From a virus: 64,000 nucleotides of DNA. The stretch spans positions 1 to 64,000 of the IMG/VR virus record IMGVR_UViG_3300011013_000008; one strand, given 5' to 3'. How positions within the stretch are numbered: the stretch's first letter is position 1; every line of letters begins with the position of its first letter. The notes below the pieces were generated by a model. It was not told the DNA's origin. It saw nothing but the letters and a program-made list of their open reading frames with translations, and searched no databases. A program made the translations under genes and the position numbers. Below are positions 54,654 through 64,000 of the stretch, piece by piece.

Positions 54654-57600
54654 TATCTACGTCTTCCTACAGTTTTAGCCATTGTGCCACCTCTATTTAT
54701 ATTATCAACTATTTCTCTAATAGTATCTTGTTTAATTTGATCTGCATACTGTCTCAATCTAGCTTCACTAGAAGGATCAGCTCCGCTAAAATCATAAGTA
54801 TTATTTATATTAATATTAGGCTGAGTATTACCTTCTAGTCTAACAGGAATTGATCTATTATCTGGTAATGGAACAACAGCTTCACTATTTTTACCTTCAC
54901 CAATTAAAGCATTAGTAGGTCTATGTACTATACCACCGGTAGCAAAGTGACTATTTGAACTATCAAATAAAGGTTTATAATTACCTACAGTACCTGGCTT
55001 ACCTGGAGTTCCACTACCATCACTAACCGTACCTAATACAGATGAAATAATTGAATCAGCGGAACCAACAGAACCACCTACTTGCGAAGCAGTATTTCTG
55101 TCAAGAGCACCAATTAATAAGTTAGTAGCAGCTATTTGATCTGCTACTGTAGCATCTCGTTTTACTTCAGAATCAAATAAGGTACTAGCAAACTTAACAA
55201 TAGCCTGTTTCATATTATCAGCTATTACACTACCAATAGATTTTCTTAGAGTATCTTTAAGACCTTCTCTAAGAGCAACAGCCATTGATCTTCCTTCCTT
55301 TTTACCATCCCATTTATTAGATATAATTGAAGATACTAGATTAGAGGTTACATTATCAATAGCATCTAAAGATACTTTGGCAATATTATCAACAGAGTTA
55401 CCTAATGTTTTACCCATGTCATCTGCTATTATAGCAAATTTAGTACCTACATTAGTCCAGAAATGATTATCACCTAGTAGGCCATTAAAACCGCCTACAT
55501 ATCCAGTATTACCTATATTACCTCTAGATGCATTATTAGCATCGAATATAGCTTTTTGAACATCAAGCTCTTCTTTAGCCTGCTTAAGTCTAATACCTTG
55601 CTGTTTAGCTGTTAATAAATCAATTTTTAATTGAGCTTCCTTCTTTATTACAAGGTTTCCAGTTAAATCTAGAATAGTATTATCAAGTTTCTCCTTGATT
55701 TTTGTATCCTCTAACTCTTTTACCTTCTTATCTGATATTGATTGTGATAGTCTACTCTGCTCCTGTAGTAAGGCAACAACTTTAGCGGAATCTTGAGATA
55801 AATTAGAAGCTAAGGCAATTTGACTCTTATTATTAGCAAGTGCTTGATTTTGTAAATTAAGCCTAGCTTTATCTATAGCCATAGATCTTCTCTGTGCTTC
55901 AACTGCTCCTAGTAAAGAGCCTACTGCAACAGTTCTTAAAGCAATTTTACGCTTTAAAGCCTCTTCCTGCGCTAGTATTAGTTGTAATATTAATTTATTG
56001 TGCGTAGAATCTTTAGCTATTAATTCTTTAAGCTTATCTGTTACACCATATTGAGCTTCTAAATGTGTTAGCTGTAATTTTAAATCCTTTGTTTGTAACC
56101 TATATTCCTCAGATATAGCACTAAGATCACCTTTTTGCTTATTTTCTTGTACTTTTTTAATTTTTTCGCCTAAGATACTTTTATTTACATCAAAATTACG
56201 TACTGTATTTATTTGTTTATCTAAACCTTTTAATTCCTTCTTTAATTTCTTTACTGCCAAAATAGGAGTATCTGTATCTTTCAACATACTTAAAAAAGCT
56301 TTTCTATACGCCTTAGGTACACTATCTAGGAATGGTTTTATACTATCTTTTGCTTCTTTTAATGAACTTTTTGAGAAAGAAGATAATTCTATTTGTAGTG
56401 TCTTTAAGTCATCCCTAAAACCTATAAGGGTATCAGTATTAAGAATCCTTCGGCTATCAGACTTATTATTTAAATCAGATAGTCTTTTATCATTACCTAT
56501 TATAAGTCCTTTTATAGTTTTTTCCGCACTTTTTAATCTATCTATAGGGTCTAGTAATGCTTTTGCTAACTCTGGATATTGTTTAGCAAGAGCCTTTAAT
56601 ACATTATTATCCCCTAATGCTTTCTCAATAGCATCTGTATTCATAAAAGAAGTAAAAGTTATAGTTCTTTCTGCACTATACTTTGGGTCTATAAGTTTTT
56701 TAATAAAGTATGCTTGTTTAGGATCTTTATAAATATAATGTATAGGTAGATTTACTGGTTTACCAGTAATACGATTCAACTCTCTCATAGCCTTTTTAAT
56801 ACCTTCTGCAGCTTTTTTAGGCTCCATAAAAGCATTTATAGGATGTCTAATATAGTCAAAGACACTTAACTTATTTAACTTATCAGATTCTTTTATAATT
56901 TTAGATATAGCATCGGCATATTGATGAGCTACTCCACTTATTTTTGTCCACTTAGTAGAGGCTTCTTCTAAACTTTTGGGTATAGCTTTTATATCCTTAT
57001 TTATTTCCTTATATCTATCTATAGCTTTATCTAATTCTTCTACAGTATCTTGTATAGCGGCAGAATTATTATTAAACTCCTTATTTAATAATCCTAAGGC
57101 TTCTATACCAGTACTAATAGTTTCAAATATAAATAATACTAAAGTCATTTTAGATATAGCACTAAAAGCAGATTCCATAGCTTTTGTTAAAAAAACGGTT
57201 ACTAAAGCTACTCTTTTAGTAACAGATTCTACGACTAAACTAGCCTTAGTGTAGAGACTGGCATCTATACCAGCTCTAACATAAGATTTTGCAACTAAGG
57301 ATAAAGAGGTTCTTAACTCCTTATATGCCCCTTTTAATGTAGTAGCATTAAGTATAGATACTCTACCTTGTGCAGCTATAGATCTAGCACTAAATGTTAG
57401 TTTTTCTTGTTCTGCTACTAATGCTTCTACAGATGCCTTTTTTATACCCATAGCAACAGTTTCTTTCTCAAGAGACTTTTTTTGCAATATAGAAGCTTCT
57501 ACTATTTCCCCCTTTAGTGTACTTATAGCTGCCTTTTTAGATAACTCACTTTTATCAAACTCACCAGAAGAGCCAACTTTATTAATTTCCTTTTTTAGAG

Positions 57601-58840
57601 CACTACTAAGCTTAAAAGCTATTTTTTGTTTTCTAAACTGTTTAGTAAGCTCTTCTCCAGTAATCCCTGAGGCCATCATTTTAGCTAAAGATTTAGATAT
57701 TTCACCATTTTTATTAAGTTTTGGCATTATATCTTTTTGTATTAACTCTCTTAAATCTATACCTGCCTGTTTACCTGTCATGCCAGGCTGACTAGGGCGT
57801 ATTCTTTCTAAGACTGCAAGCTCTTTCTTTCTTTTGGTTAGTATGTCCATTTTTTCAATAGCACGCATACTAGCAGCTTCTGCTTCCTCTGAAGTCCGTT
57901 TTAAAATCTGTTGGGCTTCTTCTCCCATAGTACCAAGTATTGGTATTGCCTTTTTACCAATGGAAGCAATTAATAAGCCAATACCTGCACTCATTAGTGC
58001 AGTATTTTTAGAGAAAATTTCTGCTATACCAGTAACTGGAATACTGACTACTTTTACTAAATTAATTGCAAGTTCACTTAGAGAAGCACTTAACCTTGCA
58101 TATGGGTTAACAGCCTTCTCTACATCTGCAAACTTCTGAGTACCTTGAGTTATTAACTGATTAATTATAGCTTGTTGCTTCTCAAATGTGGTTAGAGTAG
58201 TAGCAGTTTTCTTATGTGCATCTGCATAGTCCTGTGTAGCTTTAGTAACACGTAATATAATACCTAATTCATCAACAAGTTCAGGCTCACCTTTAGTAAC
58301 GGCCTGTATCATTCTACCAACAGATTCTGGTACTGAGCGTCCTAGAGTATTAGCTGCTTTATTTGCGATTTCAGTAATAGTTTCTAGCTGCTGTGCTGTA
58401 GCTCCACCACTTAAACCAAGGTTAGCTTGTCTCATTGCTTCTTGGAAGCTTATAGCACCACCTGTAATCTCTTTCATGCTATTAGCAACAGCGCTATAGG
58501 AAATACCTGTAGTAGTTGCTAAATCATTAGCAGCTTTTTCCATTATAGATAAATCAGAATTTTGTTTCAGTACTTCATAGGCTGCACTTAACGCAAATAC
58601 GTTAGCTGCAACTGTAGCATATACATGTACTAAACCACCCATACCTTGAGCCTGTTTGGCAAAGTTAGAGGTAGTATTCTTACTAATATTACCAGCACCT
58701 TTTAAATTCTTATCAAGATTAGCTGCTTCTACACCCGCAGCTTTAGTTTCATGATGTAGTTTGTTTAAGTCTTGAGTTACACTCTTAACTTGATTTTTTC
58801 CATCTATAACTATTTCTAGTGTTATCTTTTTATTTGACAT
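54653..58840 (-). CDS. tape measure protein (T5 pb2-like)
   Basis: NFAKQAQGMGGLVHVYATVAANVFAL, K.EPEL.DELGI, C-terminal FATGGIV..PT.ALIGEG..EAVVPL. Confidence 0.92.
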   Translation of the reverse strand: MSNKKITLEIVIDGKNQVKSVTQDLNKLHHETKAAGVEAANLDKNLKGAGNISKNTTSNFAKQAQGMGGLVHVYATVAANVFALSAAYEVLKQNSDLSIMEKAANDLATTTGISYSAVANSMKEITGGAISFQEAMRQANLGLSGGATAQQLETITEIANKAANTLGRSVPESVGRMIQAVTKGEPELVDELGIILRVTKATQDYADAHKKTATTLTTFEKQQAIINQLITQGTQKFADVEKAVNPYARLSASLSELAINLVKVVSIPVTGIAEIFSKNTALMSAGIGLLIASIGKKAIPILGTMGEEAQQILKRTSEEAEAASMRAIEKMDILTKRKKELAVLERIRPSQPGMTGKQAGIDLRELIQKDIMPKLNKNGEISKSLAKMMASGITGEELTKQFRKQKIAFKLSSALKKEINKVGSSGEFDKSELSKKAAISTLKGEIVEASILQKKSLEKETVAMGIKKASVEALVAEQEKLTFSARSIAAQGRVSILNATTLKGAYKELRTSLSLVAKSYVRAGIDASLYTKASLVVESVTKRVALVTVFLTKAMESAFSAISKMTLVLFIFETISTGIEALGLLNKEFNNNSAAIQDTVEELDKAIDRYKEINKDIKAIPKSLEEASTKWTKISGVAHQYADAISKIIKESDKLNKLSVFDYIRHPINAFMEPKKAAEGIKKAMRELNRITGKPVNLPIHYIYKDPKQAYFIKKLIDPKYSAERTITFTSFMNTDAIEKALGDNNVLKALAKQYPELAKALLDPIDRLKSAEKTIKGLIIGNDKRLSDLNNKSDSRRILNTDTLIGFRDDLKTLQIELSSFSKSSLKEAKDSIKPFLDSVPKAYRKAFLSMLKDTDTPILAVKKLKKELKGLDKQINTVRNFDVNKSILGEKIKKVQENKQKGDLSAISEEYRLQTKDLKLQLTHLEAQYGVTDKLKELIAKDSTHNKLILQLILAQEEALKRKIALRTVAVGSLLGAVEAQRRSMAIDKARLNLQNQALANNKSQIALASNLSQDSAKVVALLQEQSRLSQSISDKKVKELEDTKIKEKLDNTILDLTGNLVIKKEAQLKIDLLTAKQQGIRLKQAKEELDVQKAIFDANNASRGNIGNTGYVGGFNGLLGDNHFWTNVGTKFAIIADDMGKTLGNSVDNIAKVSLDAIDNVTSNLVSSIISNKWDGKKEGRSMAVALREGLKDTLRKSIGSVIADNMKQAIVKFASTLFDSEVKRDATVADQIAATNLLIGALDRNTASQVGGSVGSADSIISSVLGTVSDGSGTPGKPGTVGNYKPLFDSSNSHFATGGIVHRPTNALIGEGKNSEAVVPLPDNRSIPVRLEGNTQPNININNTYDFSGADPSSEARLRQYADQIKQDTIREIVDNINRGGTMAKTVGRRR

Positions 58841-59165
58841 TACTTACCTTCTTACGCATATTCTCATTAGTAATATTAGTACCCTCACTAATTATAGTTA
58901 ATATTAAATCTAACATATCTGGTTGGTTAGATACATTGTACATATCTAACAAGAATGGTAGCATACTTAAATCCTTACCCATAGAAGCTCCAGCCATACT
59001 ATCCCATTTATCTGGTAATATATTGACTATTTCCATAGCCAATTTAGTATCTGTTAGAAAATCATTATATTCTATAGGTATTTTATCTGGATCTACCTGT
59101 GAGTTAGTTACCTTACAAATCTCTAAGTATTTTTCTTTACTTATACCTAATGAGCTATTACGCAA
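58830..59165 (-). CDS. tail assembly chaperone, frameshift-extension part
   Basis: YL.IC......DP..IP, LPDKWD.M.G..MGKD; frame stays open upstream to the slippery site. Confidence 0.75.
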   Translation of the reverse strand: MRNSSLGISKEKYLEICKVTNSQVDPDKIPIEYNDFLTDTKLAMEIVNILPDKWDSMAGASMGKDLSMLPFLLDMYNVSNQPDMLDLILTIISEGTNITNENMRKKVSNVK

Positions 59166-59194
59166 GTAGTCTTTTATTCTAGTGCGCTCTTTCT

Positions 59195-59602
59195 CTAGGA
59201 GCCTTTGTTGAAAAGCGAGATATCAGACATAATACTGGTTAACCAACCATCGAATAATTTTGAGTTAGTTACTAAAGTGTAGGCATTTTCCTGTGTGTAT
59301 TCTAACTCTCCTTCTTCTGGAAGTTCACCATCAGCGATTAATAGAAAGTCTGTTAAATATTCATACTTAAGACCTTTCCATCCTGTTAGAGCTTTATTTA
59401 CATATAACTTAGTAAATAACTCATCGTCAAGACCTTCTATAGGTGCATGAGTTTTTTGGTCAAAAACAATAGTTTTTGCTTTATCTCCAATTTTTCTAAG
59501 ACTTTCTTTACTTAGATAAGTGATTTGTACTTCAAAGCCTTCCTTCTCTGGAAATGGTACTGTAATTTGTTTGGTTTCAGCTAGTAAACTGCTAAGTTGC
59601 AT
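59195..59602 (-). CDS. tail assembly chaperone
   Basis: GGAG RBS; GWKGLKY; position before the tape measure. Confidence 0.8.
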   Translation of the reverse strand: MQLSSLLAETKQITVPFPEKEGFEVQITYLSKESLRKIGDKAKTIVFDQKTHAPIEGLDDELFTKLYVNKALTGWKGLKYEYLTDFLLIADGELPEEGELEYTQENAYTLVTNSKLFDGWLTSIMSDISLFNKGS

Positions 59603-59614
59603 CTTGTATTTCTC

Positions 59615-60628
59615 CTATGTCTCATAAATTATATGAATTTCATCACCAGCTCCTGGAACTGATTCCTGGGGTGATACTCCTATATCCACTGTATTCATTT
59701 GTCCTACAGTTGGATTTTTTAAAGCTATTTTTCCTTGTGGTATAACTATAGATGCCTTAGTAGAACTACTAGAGCCACCTATACTAAATGTAATAGCACT
59801 ATTAGTATTAATAGTGTCTAATGTATTGTAGTTAAATAATGTTTTAAGTAAGTCTGAACTACCTAATGTTTTATCATCTAAGTAAAACTTTGCAGCTAGA
59901 CTAGTAGTTCTGCTTTTATTATAATGCCCGGAAACATCAGATAATTGTCCTAATCTAACTCGTCTTATAGGTATAACACTATTAGATATAGTGAAACTAG
60001 CCGATACAACAGCTAAGTTATAATCAGAACCACCTAAGTTTAAAGCTATCGTAGATAGTTTATTACGTATAAAGGTTCTATTATCAAATAAGTTAGGACT
60101 ACCAGTTAATGTAGTATTAGTAATATACTCTAAATTTAGAGCAAATACTTCCCAAGTAGCTTTTGCTATTGTACTTATAGATAAATCTATCTTTACACTA
60201 GCAATAACTCCCCTACTAATTTTATAATAAGTTCCATCATCAAAAATTAGATAAAAATATAATTCTCTTAACTTATTTGTATTACCATTAAAAAAAGATA
60301 TAGTTGAATCAACTACTGTGTCAGTAGTATCTGTAGCAGATAATGATTCCCATAATAATTTTTCTGCAGATATAACATTACCACTATCTATGATAGGTTT
60401 TAAATAAGTATCAAAACTAAAATTAACTCCTGAATACCCAGTATTAAATGCTAGAGGAACTTTTCTAGTAGAAGTACTAACTTGACTAGGTTTACTAGTA
60501 ATAGCTGTAGTATTTCTATTAAGACTTATTTCTTTTAGTATTGATATTTCATGTGAATTAGTATTAAAGTTAGTAGTATCTTGGGTTGAAACCACTAATC
60601 TAACCTTTGGTGATATAACTATGCTCAT
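59615..60628 (-). CDS. tail tube paralogue / baseplate tube protein (T5 p140-like)
   Basis: shares TY.KP, EK.LW.SL, FIRNKLST with the major tube protein. Confidence 0.75.
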   Translation of the reverse strand: MSIVISPKVRLVVSTQDTTNFNTNSHEISILKEISLNRNTTAITSKPSQVSTSTRKVPLAFNTGYSGVNFSFDTYLKPIIDSGNVISAEKLLWESLSATDTTDTVVDSTISFFNGNTNKLRELYFYLIFDDGTYYKISRGVIASVKIDLSISTIAKATWEVFALNLEYITNTTLTGSPNLFDNRTFIRNKLSTIALNLGGSDYNLAVVSASFTISNSVIPIRRVRLGQLSDVSGHYNKSRTTSLAAKFYLDDKTLGSSDLLKTLFNYNTLDTINTNSAITFSIGGSSSSTKASIVIPQGKIALKNPTVGQMNTVDIGVSPQESVPGAGDEIHIIYET

Positions 60629-60644
60629 AAATAATCTCTATAGT

Positions 60645-60673
60645 AAAAAGGGAGAGATAAAAATCTCTCCCTT
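60645..60673 (-). terminator. terminator after the major tail protein
   Basis: AAGGGAGAGAT/ATCTCTCCCTT hairpin with minus-strand T run. Confidence 0.8.
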
Positions 60674-60679
60674 AATATC

Positions 60680-62092
60680 TTAGTTAGTTTGATAAATTAC
60701 AGTTAGTTCATCTTGGTTTTCAATAGCATCAGCTGATCCTTGGCCAGAGAATGTTATTTCAGTTGCAATAACTGCTTCAATATTAATTGTAGGTACAGCT
60801 AATTGTGCTGTTCCTAGGGTAAGATCAACACGTTTAGCATTAGAACCCCCACCAATAGATAATACAAAGTTATAACTATTAGATACAGAATTAATATCTT
60901 CTAAAATATCATTAAGTAATGCTGCAGTACCATAAACACCAGTATCTAAATATGCAGTAATACTACCACTTACCTTCCTAGACCCCGCAAATCCTGATAG
61001 AGGTTGGTTAACTACACCTAATTCAGCAGGAGTTAGGAAATTCATATTATTTTCAATAGTTAAAGAACCACCAGTAATTGCTATAGTATAATTCTGTCCC
61101 GCTGCATCATTAGAAGCATAAACTGCCCAGCTATCACTACCACTAGGAGTAGTATCCCAATTTCCAACAATAGTAATAGTAGTTTCAGTGAAAGAATCAA
61201 TTACTCTTGTTTCACCTGTAGTACTATCTCGGATATAATCACCAATTGCTATAATACCATCAGTAACAAAGGTAGAACCTATTTCAGTAATTGAATTAAC
61301 AGTAGCAGAAGTTACAGTGCCTACAGCTAAAGTAGTAGTAGATATATTATTATTACTTAGAGTCATAGTAGACAGCTTATTACGTAAGAAGCTGTTAGCT
61401 GTTGTAGCGGGTGTTGGTGTATACGCTGTACCTGCAACCCAAGCTCCAATTGTAGTATGATCAGCAGAAGAAAGTTCAGTTACCTTTGTACCCTTACCAG
61501 ACCAAGCAATCTGAGCTATATCTTCAATAGCGAAACTAATTTCAGCGGTAGAAATATTAACGTTATCTACTCGATAAGTAGATTTTTCTAACTGGAACCA
61601 GAAAGTTAACTTAGCTAGCTCATTAGAATCTGATTCCTCGAAATCTATTAACATACCATCTGCTGTGGTTTGAGTACCTACATCCCTCTGCAAAATAGCA
61701 GAACCTGTTACAGCACTAGAGAAATTACCATTAGCATCTACGGCAGCACCACTAGCTAAACTACCCGCTAAAGAAGCCCATAAAATCTTTTCAGGTGCAT
61801 CTACTACACTATTAGTAAAATCATCATAAGGTCTTATATAGGTTGTTACAGAAACATCTACAGGGTCTTGAGCAGTATTATAAGTTTTTTGCCCACGAAT
61901 AGGGGTTGTACCCGCCTCATTAATAGATATATCTTCAGTTGAAGTCGCTTGGGAAAAGTTGTACCCATCTAGTACTTTAATTTCCCAAGTATTTGTGTTA
62001 TTTACGCTTCCTAATAGTGGTACACCATTACTATCTAGAACATCAGCGTTACTAACATAAAGTTTTGTATTGCGCGTTAAATTACGTGCCAT
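60680..62092 (-). CDS. major tail tube protein (T5 pb6-like)
   Basis: RNTKLYVS, NTWEI.VLDGY.FSQ, TYIRP, TIENN..LTP..LG.VN.P. Confidence 0.9.
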   Translation of the reverse strand: MARNLTRNTKLYVSNADVLDSNGVPLLGSVNNTNTWEIKVLDGYNFSQATSTEDISINEAGTTPIRGQKTYNTAQDPVDVSVTTYIRPYDDFTNSVVDAPEKILWASLAGSLASGAAVDANGNFSSAVTGSAILQRDVGTQTTADGMLIDFEESDSNELAKLTFWFQLEKSTYRVDNVNISTAEISFAIEDIAQIAWSGKGTKVTELSSADHTTIGAWVAGTAYTPTPATTANSFLRNKLSTMTLSNNNISTTTLAVGTVTSATVNSITEIGSTFVTDGIIAIGDYIRDSTTGETRVIDSFTETTITIVGNWDTTPSGSDSWAVYASNDAAGQNYTIAITGGSLTIENNMNFLTPAELGVVNQPLSGFAGSRKVSGSITAYLDTGVYGTAALLNDILEDINSVSNSYNFVLSIGGGSNAKRVDLTLGTAQLAVPTINIEAVIATEITFSGQGSADAIENQDELTVIYQTN

Positions 62093-62142
62093 ATTTAAAA
62101 TCTCCTAATTAGATAGTTGATTGAAGTATTTAGATTTTTATC

Positions 62143-62574
62143 TTAACCGTCAATTCCATATCTTACTTGTAATAAAATTTCTCCAATCCTTAGAGGTTCC
62201 ATTAGACCTTCATCAGTAGTTATACTAAGAACTCTAATATCTTCCGTAAACTTTCCAGTTGAATACTCTAATTCCTGATTAGAATCTACTATAAGCTCTA
62301 TATCTGTAAATACATCCTCAACATCTTGATCTGATGTTTCACTATTGATGTATATCCATATATGTATTTGTAGCAAACCCCAAGTTAATGCAGGTAAGTA
62401 TTCTCTCGTTTCTCTGCCTGCAGTAACACACACAAAAGGGAAATCAGTTACTTCGTTCCAGTATTTTAATTTACCTAGCACATTAGTATATAAATTGGAA
62501 ATATAAGGATTGTTACCCTGTATTTCTTTAAATTTGGATACCAAAGCATCTTTTATATCTACTCTTGAACTCAT
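62143..62574 (-). CDS. tail terminator (T5 p142-like)
   Basis: V.DFP.V.V.AG.ETREY, SITTDEGL..P...GE. Confidence 0.85.
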   Translation of the reverse strand: MSSRVDIKDALVSKFKEIQGNNPYISNLYTNVLGKLKYWNEVTDFPFVCVTAGRETREYLPALTWGLLQIHIWIYINSETSDQDVEDVFTDIELIVDSNQELEYSTGKFTEDIRVLSITTDEGLMEPLRIGEILLQVRYGIDG

Positions 62575-63677
62575 AATAGATGTAAACTCCTTATTCTCAT
62601 ATTAGCATATATTTCTTTCATAATATCTCTTATAGCACCACTAATAATATTCTCTGGATTTCTACCTGGCCCATGCACCCCTTTAGTAAATACTTCATAA
62701 GGGAATCTCATATAAGAATAAGTTATGTCAACCTTTCCATCATTTTCAATAGCTGAAGATACAGAAGCAGTTGTTGCAAACCTATAAGTTCTATTTCTCA
62801 AGTAATTTTTATTAGGGCTTAATATATCAGTTGGGGCGTGCATAACTGGATAGATAGAGTGTCTATTATTAGTAGCTAAATATTGTTGTAATAATATAGT
62901 CAAAGTTGTAGATAGATTAGTAACGGGTTTAGGAGCTTCATAATCTTCACCATCAAGGTTATAAGTATAGCTATCAACTCCTCTATGCTTTCTTATATTA
63001 CGAGTTGTTTGTTTCCTTATTCTTGTAATGGCTCTATTGTGAGCTTTCTCTTTACCTAGTTTTGCAATTTCAGCCATTAATTCTATTTTAGAATCAAGAA
63101 CGTCTAATACATCTGCGGACTTACCATAATCAATACCAGTTAGAATAGCTTCTTTAGCTTTCTTCTCTAGAGCTCTAAACTCATGTCCAGTAGGTGCAGT
63201 AAAACTTAATTTAATCTTAGATATTTTATCATTACTTTTTGTCTTTAGCTCTGATACTAAGTCAGGACTTGTAAATCTTTCTATATCCTTAAAATATTTA
63301 TCTATATTATCTTTTAATCTTGCGCCGGACTGCCTAGATTTCTTTAGTACTAATTCTCCGCGTGCCTCCTGACGTGTATTTAGTAGGTCTTCTTCTGAGA
63401 AGTCCTGAGTATATTTATTTATAATACGTTTTGCTTTCTTAAGTTTTTGAGTAGTAGATGCTAGCACAAAATCAGATTCAGTACCAATATAAGGGTGCCC
63501 TATGCTATCTACCAATTCAGCTTTAAGTTTTCTAGCTTTTGATTTATCTCCACCTAACATTTTAGAAAGAGTTCTAACACTCACATCTAGAGCAGTAGAG
63601 AAAGACTTAACTTCTTTGTCAAGAGTAGCAAATTGTCTATCTAATCCCGCTTTAGCTAATTCAACAACATCTTTCAT
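62571..63677 (-). CDS. tail completion protein (T5 p143-like)
   Basis: L.NRT.RFA, Y.YM..PY.VF, RNP..II..AIRDI. Confidence 0.7.
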   Translation of the reverse strand: MKDVVELAKAGLDRQFATLDKEVKSFSTALDVSVRTLSKMLGGDKSKARKLKAELVDSIGHPYIGTESDFVLASTTQKLKKAKRIINKYTQDFSEEDLLNTRQEARGELVLKKSRQSGARLKDNIDKYFKDIERFTSPDLVSELKTKSNDKISKIKLSFTAPTGHEFRALEKKAKEAILTGIDYGKSADVLDVLDSKIELMAEIAKLGKEKAHNRAITRIRKQTTRNIRKHRGVDSYTYNLDGEDYEAPKPVTNLSTTLTILLQQYLATNNRHSIYPVMHAPTDILSPNKNYLRNRTYRFATTASVSSAIENDGKVDITYSYMRFPYEVFTKGVHGPGRNPENIISGAIRDIMKEIYANMRIRSLHLL

Positions 63678-64000
63678 TATAGTACTCTATATAAATCTAA
63701 TACTCTTTTGATATGTGGAGGTAATTGACTTCCTGGAGAAATGCCAACAGGGTTATCCATATTAGCACTAGCCATAGATTTACTTGGTTGATGCTCTTCA
63801 GCTTTATAGTACTGAACTAAATCCATAGCAGCATTTTTTAAGTCTAAAGGAGTATTAATATAACCACCCTTATAAGTTAATTTACCACTTTTATGTCTTA
63901 TAGTACTAGATACAAATCCCTGTAATCCAGTATTAGCTATAATTCTATCATTTTCTTCATCTACGAAATAGTCAGTATTTTCAACTAGAGCAGTATATGT
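63677..64000 (-). CDS. head completion / head-tail adaptor protein, 3' part (runs off the window)
   Basis: minus-strand frame ends ...Y.GGY...P.DLK.A..DL...PPHIKRVLDLYRVL*. Confidence 0.75.
   Translation of the reverse strand, partial: TYTALVENTDYFVDEENDRIIANTGLQGFVSSTIRHKSGKLTYKGGYINTPLDLKNAAMDLVQYYKAEEHQPSKSMASANMDNPVGISPGSQLPPHIKRVLDLYRVL

Noticed and set aside
26898-63711. Antisense ORFs inside replication and tail genes (e.g. 39900-40499, 48291-48593, 57834-58139)
   Set aside because: Shadow frames of well-supported genes, with no RBS or motifs
1-64000. Stop-codon reassignment (suggested by TAG-rich DNA and many tRNAs)
   Set aside because: Core genes are intact in the standard code, several end in TAG, and no suppressor tRNA was found

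Overview
AT-rich 64 kb segment of a lytic T5-like siphophage (Demerecviridae-type gene order; host unknown, sigma70 promoters). Left to right: (1) an early accessory region containing a tandem array of integron-type gene cassettes bounded by six attC-like sites (2.0-3.5 kb), with no integrase in the window, plus a family of GGCCA/GAA-loop palindromes; (2) thyA, DHFR and MazG-like genes; (3) a ~16 kb RNA-gene island (9.3-25 kb) with about 25 tRNAs plus several degenerate ones, a GOLLD-like giant ncRNA with an embedded tRNA-like element, several inverted-repeat-bracketed unknown RNAs, a YrlA-like tRNA-mimic RNA and a second short RNA sharing a CAGCAA motif directly upstream of a DUF2828/TROVE-like vWA gene, a circularly permuted two-piece tmRNA (tag ANDVTFNIALAA), an RNA ligase flanked by a duplicated tRNA-Gly 3' end, and a NadM-Nudix gene; (4) the T5-like replication block (D3, split NAD ligase, D5, helicase, primase, family A polymerase, D10-D15) followed by nrdAB; (5) on the minus strand, tail genes (head completion, tail completion/terminator, pb6-like tube, chaperones with a -1 frameshift, tape measure, a non-T5 tail tip with an 1850 aa fibre) and a lysis cassette. 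All calls come from reading motifs and base-pairing by eye; no database searches were run.
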